From NCBI GenBank assembly GCA_964560075.1, contig CAZLKE010000007.1:474-28897 (forward strand): DNA of 28,424 nt. The letters are read 5' to 3'. The notes under the pieces were generated by a model. That model searched no databases and was not told the origin of the DNA. It saw only the letters and a program-made list of their open reading frames with translations. Each line of letters begins with the position of its first letter. Position 1 is the first letter of the stretch. Made by a program: the position numbers and the translations under genes. The stretch comes from an uncultured Gammaproteobacteria bacterium. GTDB lineage: Bacteria; Patescibacteriota; Microgenomatia; Daviesbacterales; UBA10151. This document shows, one piece after another, positions 1-8,272 of the stretch.

Positions 1-93
1 TTTACCTCCTAAATTTGCAAACTCTAATGCAGTAGCTTTACCTATCCCTTTTGCAGCACCTGAAATAACAATGACTTTTTCTGAAAAATTCAT
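1..93 (-). CDS. SDR family oxidoreductase, N-terminal part (runs off window start)
   Basis: Manual translation from ATG at 93: MNFSEKVIVISGAAKGIGKATALEFANLGGK, with the SDR Rossmann motif (S/T)GxxxGIG. A GAGGT Shine-Dalgarno overlaps the stop of the upstream ORF. Not in the ORF track. Confidence 0.85.
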   Translation of the reverse strand, partial: MNFSEKVIVISGAAKGIGKATALEFANLGGK

Positions 94-97
94 TTTT

Positions 98-2464
98 TTA
101 CCTCATGCCAAATGACAATAAAGACTTAAGATTAAATTTGAATCTTCTCTTTGATTTTATATGCCTCATACTGGTATGTAGAGCATGGAAATTATTATTA
201 ATTTCCCGGTCCTTACAATGATTGATGGCTAATTCTAATGCAAAATACCCCAGATGATAACTTAGTACAGATTCTGCACCTTGGTTTAAATTTACTCCTT
301 CATCTTGGAACATATCTCCAATGCCATCATAGATTGAGCCTTTTTGGAAGTTTACCATCGGAAACCTTAATGAGTTATTTCCAAAATACCAAGAAAAAGC
401 AATTTGTGCCATCTGTAAATAGTAGTGGTTTTCAGTTAAAAGATAGGCTGTTACTAAAGCTTCCGCAGTAGCACCTGCCTCAATGGGTTGCTCATTGTTT
501 GTAGATTTTTCCCCGTCTTTTTTAAACCACCCATCAGATCCAATAAACTTAAAGCAAGAATCTTTAATATCATAAGTATTATCGATTACAAAATTTAAGG
601 ATGAAAGTCCTATCTCTTTTGCCGTCTCATCATTTTCAATTTTGCTGTACATTAGTAATGACTGCGGGAGTCTAGCATTATCATAAGATAAAATTTCTTC
701 AAACCAATGCCAATCTACGTCTGAATTCATTCGATAAGCATCGATTAAACTATTTGCTAACATTTTTTGTGTTTGCTTTAGGTCTAAGCTTAAGCTTGAC
801 CCATCTTTTTCAGTCAACAAACAAAGACCAATTAAACACGAAGCTTTTGGACGTAAACTTTTTAGATTTTTTAAATTTGGATACAGCTTAATTATTAGTT
901 CTGAAGATTTATTCTTCAGAGGTGTAGTACCATAACGATAAGCGAAACAGGCTGCCCAAAAAGCTCTACCAAAAAAATCACCTAAATCTGGTTCATCTAC
1001 CCATTGTCCTTCGTAGCTTAAATCACAATGAACCTTCCCCTCCTCCTCCGCACTAACTACAAAGTTTAAATACTTTTCCGCTAATTTATACTTTTTATGA
1101 AGTATTGCCACAATCATAGCTCTTGCGTTGTCATCAACAGCATAACCTTCTTCATATTTAATTTTGTCCGGAGCGCTGTGTTCCAGCATCCCTTTTGCAT
1201 CTGTCATGAAGCGGATGTAATCTAAATTTGGCCTGCCAACTAAGGTGTTCCTCCTTGATTTCGGAATGAAGCTGACTAATTTTTCTAGGTAAAGAAAAGC
1301 AACCCTTGGCCAAATCATTTTCCGACCAGAGTTATAGCATTTTTCCCTAATAAGCTCTATCTGCTTTGGATGCTCTAGTGCATGAAGTACGGCTGCAGCA
1401 ATATCTTTACTGTCTTCAGGCTGAACTAAATACCCTCTTCCTCCTGATAGATTTTCTAAAGCATACCTGTAGGGAGTAGACATACATATCTTTCCTGCAG
1501 CAATTGCATAAGAGAGAGCACCAGAAGAAATCTGCTGCATATTCTTGTAAGGAGTTATATAAAAATCACTAGCTAAAATATACTTAATCAAATCTTCTAA
1601 AGGAATGTATTTATTAATCAAAACTACGTTCTCTTCAATGTTTAGGTCTTTAGTTAACTGAATCAAACCTTCTCTATAACTCTCACCAAATTTTTTAATA
1701 ACTCCCGGATGTGTCTGGCCAATTAATAAATACACAAAATTTGGATATTTTTTCTTGATATCCGGGATTGCTTTAATTACGTTTTCAAAACCTTTGTTAG
1801 GATCCAGCAAATTCACACTCGACATAACAATTTTGTCTTTAAAACCTATTGGGGATTTCAGTCTACTATTATCAAAGATCAATGCAAAATCTGGAGTTCC
1901 ATGAGGTATTATTTCTATTTTCTCTTCTTCGATTTCATAAACAGAAGTTAAGATATCTGTTGCAACAGGAATCATAGTTATCAAGCATTTAGCCTTTTTA
2001 GAAAGTTCTTGCAAAACTCTTCTTTGATTGTCGCTTGGAGACTGCAAAACAGTATGAAGAATAACTACAAATGGTTTTTTTAACCTTTTAACAAAATCTA
2101 GGATATATTCACCATCCTTACCGCCAAAAATACCATACTCATGTTGAACAACTAGAGTATCAATAATACTGTTATTTATATAGTCTGCAGCCTTTAGATA
2201 ATCCTCTTGTACATGTTGCCGGACAACTTTTTTAACTTCCCATGGATAATCCAGAGATTCTTCACCATTGTTATCCATAGCGATAATTTCAACAACTCTT
2301 TCAGGATTTAATGAATTTATACTATTTGCTAAATCTTTAGTGAATGTGGCTATACCGCATTTTCGAGGAATATAAGTAGACAACATCACCACTCTAACAG
2401 GTTTTAGGATAGGAAGGCCAACAGACCTTACTTTATTCATTTTACCTTCTGAACTTTGTGGCAT
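98..2464 (-). CDS. GT4 family glycosyltransferase fused to a C-terminal six-hairpin-glycosidase-like domain
   Basis: N-terminal GT-B motifs STYxPRxCGIATF, QHEYGIFGG, IPHG, KGFE, SGALSYA. C-terminal half has GY.VDDNARA, WHWFE..LSYDNARLPQ, GAESVLSY. Start may be the second Met at 2440. Confidence 0.85.
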   Translation of the reverse strand: MPQSSEGKMNKVRSVGLPILKPVRVVMLSTYIPRKCGIATFTKDLANSINSLNPERVVEIIAMDNNGEESLDYPWEVKKVVRQHVQEDYLKAADYINNSIIDTLVVQHEYGIFGGKDGEYILDFVKRLKKPFVVILHTVLQSPSDNQRRVLQELSKKAKCLITMIPVATDILTSVYEIEEEKIEIIPHGTPDFALIFDNSRLKSPIGFKDKIVMSSVNLLDPNKGFENVIKAIPDIKKKYPNFVYLLIGQTHPGVIKKFGESYREGLIQLTKDLNIEENVVLINKYIPLEDLIKYILASDFYITPYKNMQQISSGALSYAIAAGKICMSTPYRYALENLSGGRGYLVQPEDSKDIAAAVLHALEHPKQIELIREKCYNSGRKMIWPRVAFLYLEKLVSFIPKSRRNTLVGRPNLDYIRFMTDAKGMLEHSAPDKIKYEEGYAVDDNARAMIVAILHKKYKLAEKYLNFVVSAEEEGKVHCDLSYEGQWVDEPDLGDFFGRAFWAACFAYRYGTTPLKNKSSELIIKLYPNLKNLKSLRPKASCLIGLCLLTEKDGSSLSLDLKQTQKMLANSLIDAYRMNSDVDWHWFEEILSYDNARLPQSLLMYSKIENDETAKEIGLSSLNFVIDNTYDIKDSCFKFIGSDGWFKKDGEKSTNNEQPIEAGATAEALVTAYLLTENHYYLQMAQIAFSWYFGNNSLRFPMVNFQKGSIYDGIGDMFQDEGVNLNQGAESVLSYHLGYFALELAINHCKDREINNNFHALHTSMRHIKSKRRFKFNLKSLLSFGMR

Positions 2465-2551
2465 AGTAAGGACCCTTTCTTAAATTATTGGAAAACTATC
2501 GCCGTAGTTTGGCCTCGTTAGTATACCATAACTAGCAAAAAAACAACAAAC

Positions 2552-2995
2552 TCAGAAGAAACTAAAGAATTTTTGCAGAAATGAGCTGTTTTTTGACAAG
2601 ATATTTTTTCTGCTAACTAGTTGCTCATTGTTTAAAACCCTATTATAAAAACTTGTTACTGTTTTTTTGTTTTTAACTTTAAACACTGATGTAAAAATTA
2701 CTGAAATAATTTTATAATTGTAAGCTTCAAGAATTTTTACAATGGAATTTATTATTTCCAAATTATCAGCATAAACATCTGATACTACTAAAACAGCGTT
2801 TCTTTTTTTATCACTATATGAATCTATAAACTCAACAACCAACTCTTCTAAACGGATTTTATTTATCACTTGTTCGTTTCTTAAAACACATGGTGGAAAT
2901 TCTGTTTTTTTGGGGCTATCAAAATCAGCACTTAAAAATTCTAGTGTGTTTTCTGAGAGCAGGAAGACTGTATTAATTTTTCTTAAAACTGCCAT
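2552..2995 (-). CDS. hypothetical protein
   Basis: 147-aa ORF, co-oriented with neighbours, no recognisable motif. Confidence 0.55.
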   Translation of the reverse strand: MAVLRKINTVFLLSENTLEFLSADFDSPKKTEFPPCVLRNEQVINKIRLEELVVEFIDSYSDKKRNAVLVVSDVYADNLEIINSIVKILEAYNYKIISVIFTSVFKVKNKKTVTSFYNRVLNNEQLVSRKNILSKNSSFLQKFFSFF

Positions 2996-3016
2996 AATTT
3001 CGAAAGAAATTACTGT

Positions 3017-3045
3017 TCCGCAGTCCGATGTACATCGGACGAGGA
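3017..3045. repeat. solitary GC-rich palindromic unit
   Basis: TCCGCA-GTCCGATGTACATCGGAC-GAGGA contains a perfect 18-bp palindrome (3023-3040). It shares the TCCGC(T)AGTCC-N9/10-GGAC(G)AG frame with the unit at 5101-5130. Confidence 0.7.
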
Positions 3046-3071
3046 CTATAAAGGTTTGGGCAGGTTAAGAG

Positions 3072-3863
3072 TCAATCTATTAATCTCATTAATTGACCGG
3101 TTTTTTTAACATAATTAAACATATTAAAAAATAAAGCAATTGATAAACTCAACCAAACGATATTTAAAAAGAAAGCCGAAAGTAAATTTTCCATAGGCAA
3201 TTGCCCCAATAATACCACACTTCTCATTCCTTCAAAAACATGAGTTACAGGAATTATATAAGCTACTGCCTGAAGTACTGCTGGTAAAACACTTACCGGA
3301 TAAAATACAGCAACAAAGGGTTGCAAAAGAACTGTTAGAGCAAAAGCCAAAACTTGGGCGCTTTGACCAAACCTCATAACAATAGATGTAGCAATTAACC
3401 CCAAAATCCAACCATATAAAAATAGATTTAAAATAAATGGAACAAGAAATAAACCAAATATAAAAATATTAAATTGAAAAAGTAAAAATGCCGTGATGCT
3501 AGTAATAAACCCAATTAAAAATAACCTCACAAAACCTACAAAAACAGTTGCTGCTAAAAACTCAGAGAGTCTCAGCGGAGTTACAAAGATATTTAATAAG
3601 TTTCTCTCCCAAACCTCTTCTAAGAAAGCAATAGACACTGCTTGCTGAGATCTTTGAACAAAATTCCAAAAGATTAATGCTCCAAGTATTATTGGAACAA
3701 CTAAAGGCACACCTTGTCTAAATTGACTCAAAAAAACTGTCAAAAACCCCCAAAGTAAAATGTCAACAATTGGCCAAAAAACTATATCCAAAATTCTTGG
3801 CACAGAGCGAGGATATAGATATAAATATCGAAGTAACATGGAATAAATTCTATTCCAATTCAT
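3072..3863 (-). CDS. ABC-2 type transporter permease
   Basis: About six hydrophobic segments, EEVWERNLLNIFVTPL (EAA-like loop), FYPVSVLP, adjacent to an ABC ATPase. Confidence 0.9.
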   Translation of the reverse strand: MNWNRIYSMLLRYLYLYPRSVPRILDIVFWPIVDILLWGFLTVFLSQFRQGVPLVVPIILGALIFWNFVQRSQQAVSIAFLEEVWERNLLNIFVTPLRLSEFLAATVFVGFVRLFLIGFITSITAFLLFQFNIFIFGLFLVPFILNLFLYGWILGLIATSIVMRFGQSAQVLAFALTVLLQPFVAVFYPVSVLPAVLQAVAYIIPVTHVFEGMRSVVLLGQLPMENLLSAFFLNIVWLSLSIALFFNMFNYVKKTGQLMRLID

Positions 3864-3864
3864 C

Positions 3865-4593
3865 TTAAGATTCCTCTCTGGCTATTTTAATGAATACTTC
3901 ATTTAAATCCCTCAGACCAAATTGTTTAACTAATTTTTTAGGCGAACCTTCTGTTACAAGTTTTCCCTCATTAATAAAAATCACTCGATTACACAGCTCA
4001 TCAATCTCTGCCATATTGTGACTAGTATATATTACAGTTATCTCTTCTTTTTTTTGAATTGATTTTAGATATCTACGGACACGATCTGCTATATCTGGAT
4101 CCAAAGACGCAGTTGGTTCGTCTAAAAATAATAATTTTGGAGAGTTGAGCAGAGCTTTAACTAGGTTCACTCGAGTTGCTTGGCCGGATGAAAGCTGCCC
4201 GTAGAGTTTATTCACAATCGGATTAATATCAAAAAAATCTACTAAGTCCCGAACCCTTTTTTTATAGTCTTTAACATCATAGAGTCTGGCAAAGGTATAT
4301 AAATTCTCCCAAACTTTCAGGTTTGTCGGGAGGGATACATAAGCAGATGAAAAGTTTACTTTACTCAAAATTTCTTCCCTGTGGGTTTTCATATCTTTGC
4401 CAAAAATCCTTACCTTCCCTTTAGTAGGTTCTATTAAGCCAAGTATCATTTGGATAGTAGTAGTCTTCCCTGCTCCGTTTGGTCCAAGCAACCCCAAGAT
4501 TTCACCTTTATAAGCTTCAAAAGAGATGCTGTCAACAACAGTATTTTTTCCATAAACTTTTGTAAGTTTAGTTACTTTTATCAAGGGCTTCAC
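3865..4593 (-). CDS. ABC transporter ATP-binding protein
   Basis: Walker A GPNGAGKTT, signature LSSGQ, Walker B LLFLDEPT, H-loop TSH. GTG start 8 nt after TG-A-TATAAT. Confidence 0.93.
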   Translation of the reverse strand: MKPLIKVTKLTKVYGKNTVVDSISFEAYKGEILGLLGPNGAGKTTTIQMILGLIEPTKGKVRIFGKDMKTHREEILSKVNFSSAYVSLPTNLKVWENLYTFARLYDVKDYKKRVRDLVDFFDINPIVNKLYGQLSSGQATRVNLVKALLNSPKLLFLDEPTASLDPDIADRVRRYLKSIQKKEEITVIYTSHNMAEIDELCNRVIFINEGKLVTEGSPKKLVKQFGLRDLNEVFIKIAREES

Positions 4594-4607
4594 AGGATGA
4601 GATTATA

Positions 4608-4931
4608 TCATGCAGCTTTTTTTAGTTCTGAAAGTATCTTTTTATAGTATCCACCAATTTGATCTACCTCAATCTTTCCCGCAGAAGCCAGCGCAACTGC
4701 ATTATTCATAGCATTACACATCAGCATATAACGTGATGGTGCAGGTTCTGTTGCAGAATTGCCTCTTGCTCGAACAGTTGAAGTAACAACTTCGTTTGTC
4801 TTTTCAACGCAAAAACCGGTTCCATCCAATTTTTTATGTGAATACCAAACCTTTAGGTTTCCATTTTCATCTTTTCTTTCATTGCGGAAAAACCATATTT
4901 GGTGCTCTTCGCAAAAATGTTGCTGTACCAA
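4608..4931 (-). CDS. hypothetical protein (probable TTG start at 4931)
   Basis: ORF track gives 4608-4988. GGAGGT (4944-4939) lies 7 nt upstream of an in-frame TTG at 4931, giving M-VQQHFCEEHQIWFFRNE. Confidence 0.55.
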   Translation of the reverse strand: MVQQHFCEEHQIWFFRNERKDENGNLKVWYSHKKLDGTGFCVEKTNEVVTSTVRARGNSATEPAPSRYMLMCNAMNNAVALASAGKIEVDQIGGYYKKILSELKKAA

Positions 4932-5007
4932 ATCAATCACCTCCCAAATCCACACCGATATTCTATTCCAAACAAAACCCGAAATCAAGTCTAAATCCCT
5001 CTCAAGC

Positions 5008-5036
5008 TTGCCTCAGATACAAAACTCAAGTATAAT
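5008..5036 (+). promoter_or_regulatory. sigma70-type promoter upstream of the truncated tRNA-Lys 5' end
   Basis: TTGCCT (5008-5013), 17-nt spacer, TATAAT (5031-5036). Confidence 0.7.
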
Positions 5037-5070
5037 TTACAGGAAGTTTTCATCATTTGGGCCGGTAACT

Positions 5071-5130
5071 CCCGCCGTCAAGTAAAACATGACAGGCGGA
5101 TCCGCTAGTCCTGTTACACTGGACAGCGGG
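5071..5130. repeat. pair of 30-nt hairpin units in inverted orientation (REP/BIME-like)
   Basis: Unit 1 CCCGCCGTCAAGTAAAACATGACAGGCGGA. Unit 2 TCCGCTAGTCCTGTTACACTGGACAGCGGG. Each folds on itself; the reverse complement of unit 2 matches unit 1 at 23/30; symmetry centre GGA|TCC at 5100/5101. Confidence 0.8.
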
Positions 5131-5148
5131 CAGCGGTATAATAAGCTG

Positions 5149-5391
5149 ATGAAGTTTTATTATACATACGTACTAAAAAGTATAAAGGATCAAAAGCTAT
5201 ATATTGGTTCTACTGGTGATATTAAGGAAAGATTTAAAGCACATAATCAAGGAGAGGTGAAGTCAACTAAAAACAGAAGACCATTTAACCTAATTTATTT
5301 TGAAGCATGCCAAGATAAAAAGCAGGCAGAAAAAAGAGAAAAATATTTTAAAACAGGTTATGGAAGAAAATTTTTGAGAGATAGAATATAA
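5149..5391 (+). CDS. small GIY-YIG nuclease (SLX1/UPF0213-like), 80 aa
   Basis: YTYVL...LYIGST...R...HN.G...ST..RRP...YFE...A..RE. ATG at 5149 lies 6 nt after TATAAT (5137-5142). The stop ends 1 nt before tRNA-Lys. Confidence 0.9.
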   Translation: MKFYYTYVLKSIKDQKLYIGSTGDIKERFKAHNQGEVKSTKNRRPFNLIYFEACQDKKQAEKREKYFKTGYGRKFLRDRI

Positions 5392-5392
5392 T

Positions 5393-5467
5393 GGGCCGGT
5401 AGCTCAGTGGTAGAGCAGGAGACTTTTAATCTCTTGGTCCAGGGTTCGAATCCCTGTCGGCTCACCA
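5393..5467 (+). tRNA. tRNA-Lys (anticodon TTT)
   Basis: Cloverleaf GGGCCGG-TA-GCTC/GAGC-GGAGA CTTTTAA TCTCT-CAGGG TTCGAAT CCCTG-TCGGCTC-A-CCA. Confidence 0.96.
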
Positions 5468-5510
5468 AAAAATTGACCATACTACTAAAACCTGTCACAA
5501 TAAATACAAG

Positions 5511-6287
5511 ATGCAAAAGGGGTTTGCTCTCCCGTCTTTCATTTTAAAAATACTAATTGGTATCGGAGTTTTGATCCTGATATTCGGAGGAGCATCGCTT
5601 TTCTCTATCTTTTCCAACCAAAATGTTCCTCCCCCACAGATTACGGCAAATTTCGTCAACTTAGATAAAGTGGAAAAGATCTCCAGGTTTAGAAGCTGTA
5701 CCGGACATGTTGTCGTACCCCAAAACGAAAAAGAAAGCAAAAGAAATATGAAGCATTATTTGTGGGAAAAGAAAGAAAACCGTGGAGCAGATAAAGTGGT
5801 AGAGATCTATGCTCCTTTCGATGGGTATATTACATTGATTTTTTCACTAAATGATAATGAACAGGAATTATGGATTTCTCCTCGGCGCATGTTTGCCAAT
5901 CTCCCACCAGTTGGGATGTGGAGTTTTAGTGCTGAGCATATTAAGGTTAAAGACGGGCTAAAAACTGGGGATAGAGTTAAGGCTGGTGAGTTGGTTGGTT
6001 TTACGGGATTTCTGGATGATTATTACTCATTTGATGCGATCTATGGCAAGATTGGGCTACCACCTAAGAAAATTGATAACTGGTTATCACCGTTTGCAGA
6101 TTTGGATTCTGTATTCAATCATATGAGTGACGAAGTTTTTGCGCAGTTTCAACAAAAAGGAGTTGTTTCAAGAAAGCAAATGATAATTAGTAAAGAAGAA
6201 AGAGATCAAAATCCTTGTGATTACCGTGGTGAAGGACCTGAGCTTATGGAAGTTAATCTTGATAATAGTTGGGTAGAGTTACATTAA
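5511..6287 (+). CDS. membrane-anchored/secreted hypothetical protein, weakly M23/LytM-like
   Basis: N-terminus MQKGF followed by a hydrophobic helix. APFDG and VKAGELVG resemble M23-fold motifs. Promoter TTGACC-17-CACAAT upstream. Confidence 0.6.
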   Translation: MQKGFALPSFILKILIGIGVLILIFGGASLFSIFSNQNVPPPQITANFVNLDKVEKISRFRSCTGHVVVPQNEKESKRNMKHYLWEKKENRGADKVVEIYAPFDGYITLIFSLNDNEQELWISPRRMFANLPPVGMWSFSAEHIKVKDGLKTGDRVKAGELVGFTGFLDDYYSFDAIYGKIGLPPKKIDNWLSPFADLDSVFNHMSDEVFAQFQQKGVVSRKQMIISKEERDQNPCDYRGEGPELMEVNLDNSWVELH

Positions 6288-6317
6288 GGGGTTCCAATCA
6301 CGGACAGCTGGCTCACT

Positions 6318-6545
6318 ATTCTTACTAAAATTCAACAATCTGCATCAAAAAGAGCAAACATCCCTGAGTCTAAAAGAAAACCGTTTTTTATATGTAGATG
6401 AGTTCCAGAATTTTGCTACCCTTCATTTATTCAAATGCTATCAGAAGGTAGAAAATATAACAGCGGGTTACTATCGCCGAGCAATCAACTTCCCAGCAGG
6501 ACGACAGGAATATTGTTAATGTAATTCTTGCCAACGTCACAACAA
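6318..6545 (+). pseudogene. frameshifted fragment of a VirD4/TraG-like (FtsK/HerA superfamily) ATPase
   Basis: Stitching frames gives ILTKIQQSASKRANIPESKRKPF/LYVDEFQNFAT/SFIQMLSEGRKY/TIAEQSTSQQDDRNIVNVILANVT (Walker B region). At least three frameshifts (about 6390, 6420, 6465). Confidence 0.75.
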
Positions 6546-6565
6546 GAGAAATATTTATAAATACT

Positions 6566-7201
6566 TTATGCAGCAACCCGGAAGACTACTATAGCTTCTG
6601 AGGGGTCGATTTTGGGTGAAGCCTCAGATTCCGCATGTGTTCTAATATAATCTAACATCTCCGCGGTAAATGGAGTATTTTCCGGTAGGGCTAAGGCAAC
6701 TTCTGGCGGCCTCTTGTCAGAGGGGTCATAATCTGGCTGATCTACGGTTAAAGCAAATACAAGCCTCTTCTTTTGTTTGCTTGCTGCATCTCTCACATCC
6801 CACCTCGCCGAGTTAATAGCAAAGGGTGTAAGCAAGTTTTTTCTATAAGCTGCAAGATCTCTTTTCTTGCTAAGATTTAATATCCGGTAAGGTCTTCCAT
6901 CGTCTACGCTAAGGATAGCTTCTACTGTTCTGCCAGGAATGTTGGTAGGATTTTCACTCCCTGTCACAACTTTTGATAAACCATTAAAGAATTCGCCAAG
7001 TCTTGCAAAATTAACAGCCCCATGCCAGACAAAACCATGGGTTTCGTTATCAGGATATTTAAAGTATGCACCTAGGTGGTTTTCTGGTTTAATTGGATTA
7101 TCAGGAGTACCTGCAGTGTATATTAGAAATGATCGAAAGGTTCTATCGGGAACTCGTTCTCTATGTCCAGTATATTCGCGGAGTTCGATTAATGCTGGCA
7201 T
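6566..7201 (-). CDS. hypothetical protein
   Basis: 211-aa ORF, no recognisable motif. Confidence 0.6.
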   Translation of the reverse strand: MPALIELREYTGHRERVPDRTFRSFLIYTAGTPDNPIKPENHLGAYFKYPDNETHGFVWHGAVNFARLGEFFNGLSKVVTGSENPTNIPGRTVEAILSVDDGRPYRILNLSKKRDLAAYRKNLLTPFAINSARWDVRDAASKQKKRLVFALTVDQPDYDPSDKRPPEVALALPENTPFTAEMLDYIRTHAESEASPKIDPSEAIVVFRVAA

Positions 7202-7327
7202 GTGATTTACTTATATCATAAAAAATAGCCTGCTTCAATACAGTGCGCACAATCTGCCTAAAGCAGATGAATTATTTATATGTAGCTTTAGCTTTTCTTC
7301 TTATTCTTTTAATACCTCTTTCAGCTA

Positions 7328-7350
7328 AAAAGGCGACCCCCCCCGAGGCT
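7328..7350 (+). repeat. dispersed repeat AAAAGGCGACCCC-N3-CGAGGCT, copy 1
   Basis: AAAAGGCGACCCC-CCC-CGAGGCT; same frame as the copies at 13729-13751 and 14154-14176 (reverse). Confidence 0.8.
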
Positions 7351-7426
7351 ACTTCTGTAAAACTTTCTTACAAATTCTTACATTCCTCTTACACATCTCT
7401 GTTATTTTTAGTTTATAAAAGAGCGT

Positions 7427-7843
7427 ATGTCTTTAGCTAAAGAAGTTATTCCAAATAACCAGGAGGTAGTTTCTGCACAATCTGAAACAGTTTATCCAGT
7501 AAAAAAAAGCGAGCCATTACAAGAAATTCCTCCTCCGCAAGCTCAGCCCGAACAAGTTGAAAAGCCTTTGGTTAAAGAGATGGAGAAACGTTTAATTAAG
7601 GCTCTTAAACAAGTTCCTCCAACAATCACAAACCATACAGAAAGAATTATAGCAGCGCAACGAATTGTTATGGATCAGTTGCAGAAAGAAAAAGCTGAAC
7701 AGCAAAGACCATCTTTAGAACCACCTTTTGCAAGCGGTGCTTTAAGTAGAGATGAACGCAGAAGATTTCTTGAAGAGCATACGAAAAGAAGCAGCCAACT
7801 GGCACGGCAACATAAACCAACCCCACCAAGACGCATGCGTTAA
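7427..7843 (+). CDS. hypothetical protein (Pro/Gln/Glu/Arg-rich)
   Basis: 138-aa ORF, low complexity, no family motif. Confidence 0.55.
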   Translation: MSLAKEVIPNNQEVVSAQSETVYPVKKSEPLQEIPPPQAQPEQVEKPLVKEMEKRLIKALKQVPPTITNHTERIIAAQRIVMDQLQKEKAEQQRPSLEPPFASGALSRDERRRFLEEHTKRSSQLARQHKPTPPRRMR

Positions 7844-7850
7844 TGAATTA

Positions 7851-8180
7851 TCAAATATTGTGATCCTCACCTAACAAAGATATCTCCTTTAAATAATCCT
7901 TCATCTCCTGGACTAACTTTTCCCGATCTATTCTGGGATCATCCTTATTAAAAGATCCCTTAAATCTATGGCTTACAATTTGCACTAAAGCCTCCACCAT
8001 CTGAGCACTACCTTTACCGGATAAGGATTCCAGCATTTGCCTTGCTGCAAAGGCCGGCTCCATTTTTGCGGATGCAAGAGCGTCCAGTACATAAGATGTA
8101 GCCACAATACGCTCAGCACTTATAGGTTTAGGCTGCTTTTCTGGCGAAGGTGGGTTATTCAGAGGCCTTTCTGCTGCCAT
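7851..8180 (-). CDS. hypothetical protein
   Basis: 109-aa ORF convergent on 7427-7843. Confidence 0.55.
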   Translation of the reverse strand: MAAERPLNNPPSPEKQPKPISAERIVATSYVLDALASAKMEPAFAARQMLESLSGKGSAQMVEALVQIVSHRFKGSFNKDDPRIDREKLVQEMKDYLKEISLLGEDHNI

Positions 8181-8272
8181 GAAAGATCTTTATATATTAG
8201 GAATGTAAATTTTAGTTAAAAAAAATGTAAATAATGTAATAGAAAATTGACAGTGTGTTAGAATATTTGAGC

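Larger units (their letters stand above)
5058..5405 (+). mobile_element. putative GIY-YIG cassette inserted in the tRNA-Lys 5' end, bounded by a direct repeat
   Basis: TGGGCCGGTAACTC (5058-5071) vs TGGGCCGGTAGCTC (5392-5405), 13/14 identical, 334 nt apart. They enclose two inverted hairpin units and a GIY-YIG ORF. Confidence 0.65.

Noticed and set aside
5089-5148. N-terminal 20 aa of the ORF-track GIY-YIG protein
   Set aside because: It translates the hairpin repeats and TATAAT box; family similarity starts at Met 5149.
5058-5467. tRNA intron encoding a homing endonuclease
   Set aside because: The downstream tRNA-Lys is complete by itself, so no splicing is needed; no group I/II core structure was seen in the 334 nt.
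7243-7440. 65-aa ORF
   Set aside because: Probably spurious: spans an AT-rich intergenic region, the dispersed repeat and the next gene's promoter.
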